Of a stretch of 64,000 bases of DNA, positions 37,465 to 46,883 are shown one piece after another. A program made the position numbers and the translations under genes. Every line of letters starts with the position of its first letter. The stretch's first letter is position 1. Source of the stretch: an uncultured Candidatus Saccharibacteria bacterium. Lineage in GTDB: Bacteria; Patescibacteriota; WWE3; UBA101185; UBA10185. Where the stretch lies: contig CAYNBT010000002.1 in the NCBI GenBank assembly GCA_964396025.1, positions 37,030-101,029 of the forward strand, read 5' to 3'. The notes below the pieces were generated by a model that saw only the letters and a program-made list of their open reading frames with translations, was not told where the DNA came from and did not search any database.

Positions 37465-39282
37465 TCACCTAAACACCAAATAAACCCTCTGAAGATCCTT
37501 ACCCAAAGATTTTTGCTTTTCTATCTTAACTTGCCCTAATTCTGACAAATTTTGAACGTGAGGTCCTCCACAGAATTCCTTGCTAAAAGCGTGTTCAAGG
37601 TTTTTTCCAATATAGTAGACTTTTACTTCGTCTCCGTACTTTTCGCCAAAAAAGTGCATAGCACCGGTTTTTTCCGCTTCGTCTTTACTCATGATTTCAA
37701 AGCCCACGTTGTGTTGTTCGGATATTTTTTCATTAATTAAGTTTTCCACGCGCAAAACTTCTTCGTCAGTGAGTTTCTCGTGATGAGAAAAGTCGAATCT
37801 AGCTCTTTCTCCTGTGATATTGCTGCCCATCTGTTTAACATGTTTGCCTAGAATTTCGCGTAATGCCCAATGCAACAAGTGTGTTGCTGTGTGGAATTTC
37901 ACTACTTGTTCGCTGTGATCTGCAAGACCACCTTTGAATTTTTGTTCTGCTCCTTGCCTTGATTGAGCTTGGTGAAGCTTAAACAGATTCTCAAATGATT
38001 TGTTAAGTTCTTTCAAATCTACAGCGATCTTTTTATCTCTTACATCTTCCAAAAACATTTCCATTGGATACCCTACGGATTGGAACAGATCAAAGGCTGC
38101 TTTGGAAAGTTCTTCCACACTCTCAGTTCCTTCGCGTAAAAACTTTTCTGCTTCTTTAGCTCCAAGGTTAAGCACTTTTCTGAACTTTTCTTCTTCTTGC
38201 GCAAATGTCTCTACAATATCCTTTTCTTTATGTTCAAGTTCCGGGTAGATCCATGAGAAATTTTTCACCACAGTGCTAACAAGGTTTACAGATACACCGC
38301 TTTCGATTCCTAGCTTTTTTCCTGTGCGAACCATTCTTCGCAGTATTCGGCGCAATACGTAGCCTTGATCTTTATTTGATGGTTTCACGCTGTCCATTGC
38401 CAAAAACGTAGCGGCTCGAATATGATCTGCCAGTATTCTCATGCATTTTGTTGATTCTTCGTTTTCGTGATATCTGAGATTACTTAGTTCTTGAATCTTT
38501 TCTATGATCGGCCAAAAATTATCTGTTTCAAAAATATCTCTTTTGTCTTGCACCGCAAGTGCGATTCGTTCCAAACCTCCACCAAAGTCTACATTGCGTT
38601 GGCTTAACTCTTCCCAGCTGGTTTCAGTTTTTTTGTATTGCATAAAAACGCTGTTACCAATTTCGAGATAATCTTTATCGTAAACTGCAGGATCTTTGCC
38701 CTCGCCTGATCCCTCCCCTAGATAATAAAAAACTTCGCTGTCTGGACCGCCAAGCTCACCAATGGCTTCGCCACGTTTCCACCAGTTGTCCTTTTTTCCG
38801 TAAGCATAGATTCTGGTTCCAACTTCAGCTTTGATTCCGTATTTAGCAAAAATATTTTTTAGAAGTTCGATGGATTCGGTGTCCTTTGGGGCATCTGAGT
38901 CGCCTTCAAAGACGGTGGCAAAAATGCGTTGAGGATCCAGCCCAAGCTTTTCTATAAAAAATTCATAGATCCAAGGTAATTGTTCTTTTTTAAAGTAGTC
39001 CCCTAAACTCCAGTTGCCAATCATATGAAAGGCGACTGTATGGTTGTAGTCCCCAACTTCTTCCAAATCATCAAATCGTAAGCAGCGTTGCACGTTTACA
39101 ATGCGGCTGCCAAGCGGATGTTTTTCGCCGGATAAATATGGGACCAAAGGGAACATTCCTGAGTTTACAAATAACAGGGTAGGGTCGTTTTCTGGAACTA
39201 GAGACACATTAGGTACGAGTTTGTGCCCTTTTGACTTCATAAAATCTAGATAGGTGTTTAGTATTTCTTTTGAACTTTTCAT
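37465..39282 (-). CDS. alaS: Alanyl-tRNA synthetase (short form, no C-Ala domain)
   Basis: DPTLLFVNSGM, QRCLR, GNWSLGDYFK, VDFGGGLER, GYVLRRILRR; editing motifs HTATH and EFCGGPH. Confidence 0.97.
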   Translation of the reverse strand: MKSSKEILNTYLDFMKSKGHKLVPNVSLVPENDPTLLFVNSGMFPLVPYLSGEKHPLGSRIVNVQRCLRFDDLEEVGDYNHTVAFHMIGNWSLGDYFKKEQLPWIYEFFIEKLGLDPQRIFATVFEGDSDAPKDTESIELLKNIFAKYGIKAEVGTRIYAYGKKDNWWKRGEAIGELGGPDSEVFYYLGEGSGEGKDPAVYDKDYLEIGNSVFMQYKKTETSWEELSQRNVDFGGGLERIALAVQDKRDIFETDNFWPIIEKIQELSNLRYHENEESTKCMRILADHIRAATFLAMDSVKPSNKDQGYVLRRILRRMVRTGKKLGIESGVSVNLVSTVVKNFSWIYPELEHKEKDIVETFAQEEEKFRKVLNLGAKEAEKFLREGTESVEELSKAAFDLFQSVGYPMEMFLEDVRDKKIAVDLKELNKSFENLFKLHQAQSRQGAEQKFKGGLADHSEQVVKFHTATHLLHWALREILGKHVKQMGSNITGERARFDFSHHEKLTDEEVLRVENLINEKISEQHNVGFEIMSKDEAEKTGAMHFFGEKYGDEVKVYYIGKNLEHAFSKEFCGGPHVQNLSELGQVKIEKQKSLGKDLQRVYLVFR

Positions 39283-39317
39283 ATATATTTCGTTGCCTTA
39301 ACTAATTTAATTTAAAC

Positions 39318-39524
39318 AAAAAAACCTCATCTATGCACACTAATCATAGACTAATGTACAAGGACGAGGCTTCTGGTAGGAATCCCGTGGTACCACCTTG
39401 TTTCTTTTTGCAATTTCTTGCAAAAACTTTACGGCTGTTATGCAGCCCTTGTTAACGTGTAAGTTCACGGCACTGCTTTCGCAGGCTGCTCCCAGAGTAG
39501 CACTACATTCTGGTCAAACGCATT
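39318..39524 (-). ncRNA. T-box riboswitch (Ala) with intrinsic terminator
   Basis: Minus strand AAGGTGGTACCACG...CCTCGTCCTT antiterminator; terminator cctcgtc...gatgagg followed by a T run; stem III tttttgcaa-gaaa-ttgcaaaaa; candidate specifier GCT at 39501-39499; directly upstream of alaS. Confidence 0.92.
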
Positions 39525-39530
39525 TCAGGA

Positions 39531-39558
39531 ATTGTATCAATAAACGTTATATTGTCAA
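39531..39558 (-). promoter_or_regulatory. Sigma70 promoter for the T-box/alaS transcript
   Basis: TTGACA-16-TACAAT with extended TG. Confidence 0.7.
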
Positions 39559-39611
39559 TATCGGCAAAAATGGATTTGTTTTTGCAGCGCGCATAAAATA
39601 TAATTTGTACA

Positions 39612-40829
39612 ATGTTTAAACTGCCATCTCTATTTAAGCAAGCAGATCCCAATCTTTTTTTAGCGGTTGATATAAGTTCATCTGCCATAAAATGTTACGC
39701 TCTAGAGGTTTTTGAAAACGAGTCAGGCCCATTTGTTGAAGTGATCAGTGTCTACAAAAAAAAGCTGGAACCTGGAATAGTTCGTGGCGGAGTTCTTATC
39801 GATATAGATGTGATCTCACAGCTTTTGGCAGAGTCTGTAACAGACATTACCCAAGATATTCAAAGGCCTGTGCGGCAAGCTATATTCGGCTTGAGTGGGG
39901 AGCTTTGCATTTCAAACGTTACAACAGTAAAAGCTACAAGGCATTCTCAAGACCCTGTTTCTCAGAAAGAAACAGAAGAAATTTACCAAAAGATGTTGGA
40001 AACCTCCCAAGAAAGTGCACAGGCTCAACTTTCCTATCTTACTGGAAACACAGATATGGATTTGGATTTGATTACGTCCTCCTTTGTTTATTCCAAACTT
40101 GACGGTAAAAGAGTAATAAAAACATTAGGTATGGATGGTGATGTTTTGGAAACAGCTCTTTTTACTTGTTTTACTCCAACATTTAATGTGAAGGCCCTTC
40201 AGCAAATTGCCAAAAAGGCTAGGTTAAAAATCTTATCCATAGGTTCGCTTATGTATACGCTAACAGAATCCCTTAAACATAAATTTGGCAGGCATTTTGA
40301 TGGTGTGCTTTTGGATATGGGTAGTGATTTAACTGATGTGGGGGTAGTATTTGGTGGTGGGTTGGTTTCTCAGAAAACCTTGCCTTTGGGTGGATATCAT
40401 TTTTCTCAAGAAATAAGCAGGAAAACTGGTTTAACTTATTTTGGGGCAGAGGAAAAGAAAAAACAGTACTCTTATTCAAATCTTACGGAAACAGAACTTG
40501 TGCCTGTGCAGGAAGGTATTGAGAAAGTTTCTGCACTTTGGGTGAGCGGACTAGAACTATTGTTTGGTGAATTTGTGGGTGTTAAAACATTTGCGTCGTC
40601 AGTTTATATCGCGGGTGGTGGGGCTGAATTGCCCGAAATGATTGATGTTTTATCCAGTCAGCCTTGGACCAAATCAATCCCATTTAAGTCGCCTCCTGAG
40701 TTTGCAAAACTTAGTATCGCTGACCTCGTTTTTGTGAAAGACACCACAGGTTTGTGCGATTCTCTAGAGGATATCATGCCTTTATCATTAAGCGTGATTT
40801 TTTTAAAAATGCAAGGAATGATTGAATAA
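39612..40829 (+). CDS. FtsA/PilM-like actin-fold ATPase
   Basis: LAVDISSSAIK, LLDMGSDLTDV, PLGGYHFSQEI, AEEKK, YIAGGGAELP. Confidence 0.85.
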   Translation: MFKLPSLFKQADPNLFLAVDISSSAIKCYALEVFENESGPFVEVISVYKKKLEPGIVRGGVLIDIDVISQLLAESVTDITQDIQRPVRQAIFGLSGELCISNVTTVKATRHSQDPVSQKETEEIYQKMLETSQESAQAQLSYLTGNTDMDLDLITSSFVYSKLDGKRVIKTLGMDGDVLETALFTCFTPTFNVKALQQIAKKARLKILSIGSLMYTLTESLKHKFGRHFDGVLLDMGSDLTDVGVVFGGGLVSQKTLPLGGYHFSQEISRKTGLTYFGAEEKKKQYSYSNLTETELVPVQEGIEKVSALWVSGLELLFGEFVGVKTFASSVYIAGGGAELPEMIDVLSSQPWTKSIPFKSPPEFAKLSIADLVFVKDTTGLCDSLEDIMPLSLSVIFLKMQGMIE

Positions 40830-42374
40830 ATGAAAAAACTTATCTTAGAAATTCATGATGATATTTTAAAAATTCTTGAGAAATTGGAAAATTCTCAAGA
40901 TACGGTTGTGGAGCTGGAAATACCCGAAGGCTCTGTTTTGTTTGATAACATCGTGAATCTAAAGGTTTTGCAAAAGGAGGCAGATAATTTGGGTAAATCG
41001 CTAAATTTCAAAACTTTAGATGAAAACGGCGCCGCGTTGATTGAAAGTATTTTATCTGGTACTCGCCCGCAAGACGAATTCGTATCTAGAGAGTTTACGC
41101 CTTCGCGCCATAGTATCACTCCCAAAGAGAGTGTTATCTCCAGACTAATTGGATCTCTCCCCAGCTTGCCTAAATTTAGCATGTTTTCTGGTGGTGGAAA
41201 TTTTAGTAAAGTGCTGCTAATTTTTGTAGTTTTGAGTTTGCTAGGTGGAATGGGTTATTTGCTGGTAACGCAGGTCCCGCAAGCATTTGTAAAGATCTCT
41301 GTTGATTCGCAGCCCTTGATTAAAAGTATTTCTATAAAAGTAGTTTTGGACAAGGCTACTTCTGCTAAAGAAAGAATATTGAATGGGAGGAAGGTAGAAG
41401 CTGTAGTGGCAGACACTGCGTCCATGGAGCCAACAGGAATCAAAATTGTGGGAGAAACTGCGTCAGGCAAGATCAAAATTTACAATTATACTGATCAAGA
41501 GAAAGAGTTTGGTAAAGGTACCGAAGTTTATTTTAATGAAGACGATTACGATTTAACGTATAAAACCAAAAGTTCTGTGGTTGTTCCTGCTGAAACCTTG
41601 AAAGAACCCGGTGTACCAGGCAGTCCCACAGTGCCCGGTGAGGCAACAGTGGATGTAGAAGCCACAGAGATTGGTGAAGATTCTAACATAGATAAGGGTA
41701 GTACGCTGACCTTTGACGATTACAAAAAATCTGAGGTAGTTGCGGCGGCAGACGCCGATTTTTCCGGCGGAGAAAGCTCTGAAGTAAAAGTAGTTGCAGA
41801 GGCAGACTTACTGAAACTTGAGGAAGAACTTCAAAAGAAACTTACTGAAAACAGCGAAAGCATCCTAAAAGCTAAGCAAGGCGTAAAGTACAAACTAATT
41901 GATGGATCAACCGCCACCTCCATTGTTTCCAAAAAGTTTTCGGCAGAACTCGACGACGAAACCGATACGTTAAATCTGGATATGGAAGTTAAAGCTTTTG
42001 GTTTGGCCTATTCTACAGATGAGTTGAATAAACTGCTAGACACTTTGGTTGATAGTTTCATTCCAGACGGATTTAAACTTTCTGCCAAAAACAAATCAAT
42101 CAGCGTTGAGATTTTAGGTAATTCAGATGATACTGTTCTATCTTCTTCTGAGGCTGATCTACAGGTAACTCTTAAGGCATATGTAGTGCCAGGTATAAAT
42201 GAACAAGAATTAAAAACTAAACTTAGAGGAAAAAAGTTGAATGATGCAAGAGATTTATTAAACAACATACAGAACATAAACAATTTTGAATTAAGTATTT
42301 CCCCAAATATCCCATTCTTTGGCAGAATGCCCGTATCCGAGGAGAATATAAGCCTTGAGATCAGCTTAAATTAA
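40830..42374 (+). CDS. Single-pass membrane protein with a baseplate-J-like external domain
   Basis: Cytoplasmic N domain (LFDNIVNLKVLQKEA), TM, then ASGKIKIYN, GT, VVVPA, VDVEATEIGEDSNI, FSGG. Confidence 0.7.
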   Translation: MKKLILEIHDDILKILEKLENSQDTVVELEIPEGSVLFDNIVNLKVLQKEADNLGKSLNFKTLDENGAALIESILSGTRPQDEFVSREFTPSRHSITPKESVISRLIGSLPSLPKFSMFSGGGNFSKVLLIFVVLSLLGGMGYLLVTQVPQAFVKISVDSQPLIKSISIKVVLDKATSAKERILNGRKVEAVVADTASMEPTGIKIVGETASGKIKIYNYTDQEKEFGKGTEVYFNEDDYDLTYKTKSSVVVPAETLKEPGVPGSPTVPGEATVDVEATEIGEDSNIDKGSTLTFDDYKKSEVVAAADADFSGGESSEVKVVAEADLLKLEEELQKKLTENSESILKAKQGVKYKLIDGSTATSIVSKKFSAELDDETDTLNLDMEVKAFGLAYSTDELNKLLDTLVDSFIPDGFKLSAKNKSISVEILGNSDDTVLSSSEADLQVTLKAYVVPGINEQELKTKLRGKKLNDARDLLNNIQNINNFELSISPNIPFFGRMPVSEENISLEISLN

Positions 42375-42376
42375 GC

Positions 42377-42808
42377 ATGAAAGCCACTTCATCAGCAAAA
42401 AGAGAACAAATTGCCTTGGGTATTGATTACGGCGAGACTAACATTGGCTTGGCTTTTGGTAGGGCTGGTTTAGTCACGCCCTTAAAGGTGGTTTCGGGCA
42501 AAAACTCTCATATTGCGGTGCAGGAGATTGCTAGGGTGGTGGTAGAGAATAAGGTAACACAACTTGTGTTTGGGTTACCTAAAAACTCTGATGGGCAGGA
42601 GACACCTCAGTGCCTAAAAGTTCGGCAGTTTGCCAAATTGTTAAGAGTCTATCTTAAACTCCCCACAGTTTTTGTAGATGAATATATGTCTACGCATGAA
42701 GCTTTAGGTGAGGCAATTGACTTGAATATTTCTATGAAAAGAAGAAAATCTTTAGATGACTTATCCGCCGCTATTATTTTAAAAAAATACTACAGAGAAA
42801 ACGCCTAG
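42377..42808 (+). CDS. YqgF/RuvX family pre-16S rRNA nuclease
   Basis: LGIDYGETNIGLA, VFGLP, FVDEYMST, DDLSAAIIL. Confidence 0.93.
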   Translation: MKATSSAKREQIALGIDYGETNIGLAFGRAGLVTPLKVVSGKNSHIAVQEIARVVVENKVTQLVFGLPKNSDGQETPQCLKVRQFAKLLRVYLKLPTVFVDEYMSTHEALGEAIDLNISMKRRKSLDDLSAAIILKKYYRENA

Positions 42809-43038
42809 CTTTTCTTGTGCTTCATCGTAACGTCTTTTGAATCGCAGAGCATACATTGAAAGTTATGCCCAGGTTTTAAACATGCCGGGCACATATACAT
42901 GTTGTCCTTAAAGATCAAATCGTTCTGGTTGCAGCTGTTACATAAAAAGACTACATCTTCTTGTGCAATCACTCCGCAATTGGGGCAAGTAAATATAACG
43001 CTACTTTCTGTTGAATTTGTAAGATTGTCGATGTCCAT
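42805..43038 (-). CDS. Small Cys-rich protein with four CxxC motifs
   Basis: CPNC, CNSC, CPAC and CMLC in 77 aa; TAGTAT 6 nt before the ATG. Confidence 0.75.
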   Translation of the reverse strand: MDIDNLTNSTESSVIFTCPNCGVIAQEDVVFLCNSCNQNDLIFKDNMYMCPACLKPGHNFQCMLCDSKDVTMKHKKS

Positions 43039-43098
43039 ATTTAGATACTATCACAAAAAAACTTTGCGTTAAACTTAATACTTTGATAACCTGAAAGT

Positions 43099-43266
43099 AT
43101 GATATTTTTATATCTATATCTTGGATTTGGTTTTATTTACGCTATCTATCTATACATTACTACTGTGGAGGAATGGTACAAAATTCCGGTGAACATGTTA
43201 TTTGGTCCTATTGTGTTTGTTTATCTAGCTATCATTACTGCATTAGGATTAAAAGTACCTAGGTAA
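43099..43266 (+). CDS. 55-aa two-TM membrane protein
   Basis: Not in the ORF track: MIFLYLYLGFGFIYAIYLYITTVEEWYKIPVNMLFGPIVFVYLAIITALGLKVPR. Ends 3 nt before the HAD gene. Confidence 0.55.
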   Translation: MIFLYLYLGFGFIYAIYLYITTVEEWYKIPVNMLFGPIVFVYLAIITALGLKVPR

Positions 43267-43269
43267 TCT

Positions 43270-44028
43270 ATGTATAAACAATTTCTTATTGGTAAAAAAG
43301 CAGTTTGTTTTGATATGGATGGGACGTTTGTATATACGATTCCCCTTTGGAACGCAGCATTCTCAAGAGTACTTAGCGTGATGGGCGCATATAATGTGCC
43401 ACATGAAAAATACACAGGTTTTTCCTTGCAAGGTAAATGGAATACAATACTTTCTGACTTTGATATTTCATCAAAACTAAGTGCTGCGGAACTGACTTCG
43501 CACACAGAACAAGAATTCCTTCGCCTGTTGGAAATGACCGAAGATTTTGAACCCACAGCAGGGTTTTTTGAATTGGTCACGGATCTTAAAGCCAACAAAA
43601 AATTAAAGATTGTTTTGGCATCGAATGCGCCAAAATACATTGTTGATGCTGTTCTCAAAAAAGTCGAAGTCTCTGAGACCTTTGACCTTGTTGTAACTGG
43701 TAACGATGTTAAGTCTCCAAAACCCGATCCCGAGATATACAAACTTGTTATGTCCAAGCTAAGTATTTCAGCGAAAGAATTGCTTGTGTTCGAGGATTCT
43801 GTGCCCGGCGCGCAAGCCGCTGTTGCTGCAAAAGCAACTGTATTTGTAATTTGGGATGGGAATGTTTTAAAAACCAGCTATCCGGAAGAAGTACCACACT
43901 TTTTTCAAAGTTTTGACGGTTTAGCAGGTTCGTTTGACTACGACCTTACTGATCGTATGAACGACTACGCAGATAGATTAAAAACATATTGGGAATCCAA
44001 GGGTAAAAAGCCTGATGGAGGAAATTAG
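43270..44028 (+). CDS. HAD-superfamily phosphatase
   Basis: FDMDGT, ASN, KPDPEIY, VFEDSVPG. Confidence 0.92.
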   Translation: MYKQFLIGKKAVCFDMDGTFVYTIPLWNAAFSRVLSVMGAYNVPHEKYTGFSLQGKWNTILSDFDISSKLSAAELTSHTEQEFLRLLEMTEDFEPTAGFFELVTDLKANKKLKIVLASNAPKYIVDAVLKKVEVSETFDLVVTGNDVKSPKPDPEIYKLVMSKLSISAKELLVFEDSVPGAQAAVAAKATVFVIWDGNVLKTSYPEEVPHFFQSFDGLAGSFDYDLTDRMNDYADRLKTYWESKGKKPDGGN

Positions 44029-44297
44029 ACGTTTGCAGGTACTTCAACAGTAGAGAACTGCAATGCAACCTCGTTGACGTTCGAGAATACAGGTCCCTTT
44101 TTGCACCACTTAACCATTTCCCACAGTTTGGTGTTTTCACCTTCAACAACGATTTCAATGTTTCCTTCATGGGTGTTAATTATTTTGTGTGTTAGTAAGC
44201 CAAGCCTTTTAGCCTGTATTTTAGCAAAGAACTTAAAGTGGAACTTTTGTAAATTGCCTTTGATATTTAGGTGTAGTTTCTTATTTTTTATCTCCAT
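44025..44297 (-). CDS. Acylphosphatase-fold protein (degenerate)
   Basis: IKGNLQ..., AKRLGL, NTHEGNIEIVVEG, WCKKGP; the canonical QGVGFR is replaced by QKFHFK. Confidence 0.75.
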   Translation of the reverse strand: MEIKNKKLHLNIKGNLQKFHFKFFAKIQAKRLGLLTHKIINTHEGNIEIVVEGENTKLWEMVKWCKKGPVFSNVNEVALQFSTVEVPANV

Positions 44298-44398
44298 ATA
44301 TGCCTTTCTGAACCACACAGCACTCTGGCGGAACAGGACAATATAACAGATGATTGACTATGTGTCAATAGCTATCTTTATGGTAAGATTTGCTCCAT

Positions 44399-44746
44399 AT
44401 GAACGCCGTTTTAAAGCCAGATATAACTTATGATGAGTTTTCCAAACTTGATGTTCGCGTTGGTTTAATAACAAATGCTGAACGTGTACAAGAATCCGAA
44501 AAACTACTTAAACTTTCAGTAGATTTTGGAGATTTCCAGAGAAACATTTTGACAGGTATGCAAAAGTGGTACTCCCCCGAGGATTTTATGGGAAAAAAGA
44601 CATTGTTTGTTGTAAATCTTGCATATAGAAAAATGGCTGGTCTAATTTCTGAGGGTATGCTGTTGTCTTTAGGCATTGATCACGCTAAAAAACCTATTCT
44701 TGTGTTTTTACCACCTGAGACCGAAGTTGGAGAGGGTTTGTCTTAA
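44399..44746 (+). CDS. Stand-alone tRNA-binding OB-fold protein (Trbp111/CsaA/MetRS C-terminal type)
   Basis: ITYDEFSKLDVRVG, KLLKLSVDFG, VNL..RKMAGLISEGMLL. Confidence 0.9.
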   Translation: MNAVLKPDITYDEFSKLDVRVGLITNAERVQESEKLLKLSVDFGDFQRNILTGMQKWYSPEDFMGKKTLFVVNLAYRKMAGLISEGMLLSLGIDHAKKPILVFLPPETEVGEGLS

Positions 44747-45933
44747 TGTCTACGTTTGTTCCCAAGAGATACTTAATCAAGACATTGGGGTGTCAGGCTA
44801 ATGAAGCAGACTCCAGCACTATGGCAGGGATTTTGGAAGCCTTGGGTTTTGAGAAAGCGGAAAGCTTTGATTCTACAGATGTTTTTATAGTAAACACCTG
44901 CTCTATTCGGCAAAAAAGCGAAGATAAGGCCTACGGTGTTGGAAAGTTGGTTAAGGCCAGCCTGGAAAAAAACGATAAAAAACCATTTATTATCATGGCG
45001 GGTTGTATGGTTGGCTCAGTAACAGGGGAACGTCAGAGATACAAATTCGACGAGCTTCGCAAAAAGACTCCATGGGTAGATGCATACATAAATCCATCCC
45101 AAGTAACAGAAATCCCAAACATTTTGTTCGAGCATAAATTACTTGATGAGTGGGCATTATCTAAGTTCGATTTTGCTTCAATCAATCCGGTACATAATTC
45201 CGCAAAACACGCCTTTGTGAATATTTCTTATGGTTGCGACAATTTCTGCACCTTCTGCGTGGTACCTTACGCACGCGGTCGGGAAATTTCGCGGACAAAG
45301 ACAGCTATTTTGACAGAGATTAACCACTTGATTAGGCGCGGATTTACAGAGTTTACTTTATGTGGCCAAAACGTAAATTCTTGGGGGTTAAATATGAGTG
45401 AAAAATTCGAAATTCGTGCGGGCGGGGATCAGAAGATTCCGTTTGCTGAGCTTTTGAGGGAGATTCATGACTTACCCCAAGTTACTAAAATAGACTTTTT
45501 GTCTTCAAATCCTTTTGATTTTACACAAGACTTGATAGAAACCCTAAGGTTGCCAAAAATCTCCAACTACTTACACATTGCCGTGCAGTCAGGAAATAAT
45601 GAAGTACTCAAAAGAATGAATAGGCGACATACCATAGAAGATTTTGTAGCACTTACTAGGCTTATCAAACAAGCCAAACCGTCTGTGGAATTTGGCACAG
45701 ATATAATTGTGGGATTTCCCGGTGAAACTCGAGAGCAATTTATGGATACAGTAGAACTTTTTAAAACGGTACCGTTCAATGTTGCATTTATTTCAATATA
45801 TTCTGCGAGAAAGGGTACTCCTGCAGAGAAATTTTTTGGCGACGATGTTAGTCTTACAGAAAAGCGTTGGCGTCATAGTTATCTCAATAGTATTTGGAAA
45901 GAAACAAAGCCAAAGGAAACGAACAACTTATGA
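44746..45933 (+). CDS. miaB: tRNA-i6A37 methylthiotransferase (no TRAM domain evident)
   Basis: TLGCQANEADS, NTCSIR, GCDNFCTFCVVPYARG, DIIVGFPGET; adjacent to miaA. Confidence 0.9.
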   Translation: MSTFVPKRYLIKTLGCQANEADSSTMAGILEALGFEKAESFDSTDVFIVNTCSIRQKSEDKAYGVGKLVKASLEKNDKKPFIIMAGCMVGSVTGERQRYKFDELRKKTPWVDAYINPSQVTEIPNILFEHKLLDEWALSKFDFASINPVHNSAKHAFVNISYGCDNFCTFCVVPYARGREISRTKTAILTEINHLIRRGFTEFTLCGQNVNSWGLNMSEKFEIRAGGDQKIPFAELLREIHDLPQVTKIDFLSSNPFDFTQDLIETLRLPKISNYLHIAVQSGNNEVLKRMNRRHTIEDFVALTRLIKQAKPSVEFGTDIIVGFPGETREQFMDTVELFKTVPFNVAFISIYSARKGTPAEKFFGDDVSLTEKRWRHSYLNSIWKETKPKETNNL

Positions 45934-46874
45934 GTAAATCTCGCGTTGTTATCATCACTGGGCCTACCAGTACCGGAAAAACTTCTCTCGCGCTTAACCT
46001 TTGCCAAAAACTTAATGGTGTTATAGTTTCGGCTGATTCCCGTCAGATTTATAGAGATTTTGATATAGGTACAGGTAAGGTACCGGTTGATTCGGTACAG
46101 ACACATTCAATAAAAAAAGCCACTGATACCTGGCTAGTTGATGGTGTCACTATTTGGGGTTACGATCTTGTTGGTGCAAGGCAGGAATTTTCTGCATATG
46201 ATTACAAAAACTTTGCTGCCTCAACTGTGAATATTCTTAGCAAGAAGTATCCGTATGTGTTTATTGTAGGTGGTACCGGGTTCTATCTGGATGTCCTGAC
46301 TAATAGGATCACGCTTGCTGGAGTTTCGCCAGACCCTCAACTGCGTGAGGAATTATCTAAGCTTACAGTTGCTGAACTTGTAGAAAAGTTGGGGCATTTA
46401 AATCATGAAACTCTAAAAAGAATCGACAAGGCCAATCCGGCTAGGTTGATTAGGGCAATAGAGCTAAATCAGCCGCAACACAATTCTTTACATAGATCCT
46501 CTGTAGATACTGCAGTGAATTTACCAGAAGTTGAATTTACTTGGTTGGGGTTGACTTCCAGTAGGGATTCTTTGTACAAGCGTGTGGACACGTGGGCTCA
46601 AGAAATAATCACGCATGGATTGTTGGATGAGGTTCATCACTTGCTTTCACTTGGTTTGGAAGATACTAGGCCTATGCAAGGAATAGTGTACAAAACGGTG
46701 TTAGAACATTTGAAAGATAAGATTACTATTGAGGAGATGCTAAGCCGGATCCAATTTGATTTGCATTCCTATATAAGACGTCAGCAAACCTGGTTCAAAC
46801 GCAACAAGAACATAAACTGGCTTGATATTGCTAGCACAAACCTTAGCAAAAATGCCTTAGATCTTGTATTATAA
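45930..46874 (+). CDS. miaA: tRNA dimethylallyltransferase
   Basis: GPTSTGKT, SADSRQIY..DIGTGK, VGGTGFY, RRQQTWF. Confidence 0.96.
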   Translation: MSKSRVVIITGPTSTGKTSLALNLCQKLNGVIVSADSRQIYRDFDIGTGKVPVDSVQTHSIKKATDTWLVDGVTIWGYDLVGARQEFSAYDYKNFAASTVNILSKKYPYVFIVGGTGFYLDVLTNRITLAGVSPDPQLREELSKLTVAELVEKLGHLNHETLKRIDKANPARLIRAIELNQPQHNSLHRSSVDTAVNLPEVEFTWLGLTSSRDSLYKRVDTWAQEIITHGLLDEVHHLLSLGLEDTRPMQGIVYKTVLEHLKDKITIEEMLSRIQFDLHSYIRRQQTWFKRNKNINWLDIASTNLSKNALDLVL

Positions 46875-46883
46875 AGTCACTAT

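Noticed and set aside
39586-39613. dif-like sequence AGCGCGCATAA-AATATA-ATTTGTACAAT
   Set aside because: The XerD-side arm matches only 7 of 11, the site overlaps a -10 box and start codon, and gene orientation does not switch here.
40830-42374. Prophage suggested by the baseplate-J-like domain
   Set aside because: The protein is membrane-anchored, and no terminase, capsid, tail or integrase genes are present.
43221-43757. Long antisense ORFs (178 aa here; also 46880-47389, 18142-18609, 54361-54792 and others)
   Set aside because: They are shadows of well-supported genes on the opposite strand and have no motifs of their own.
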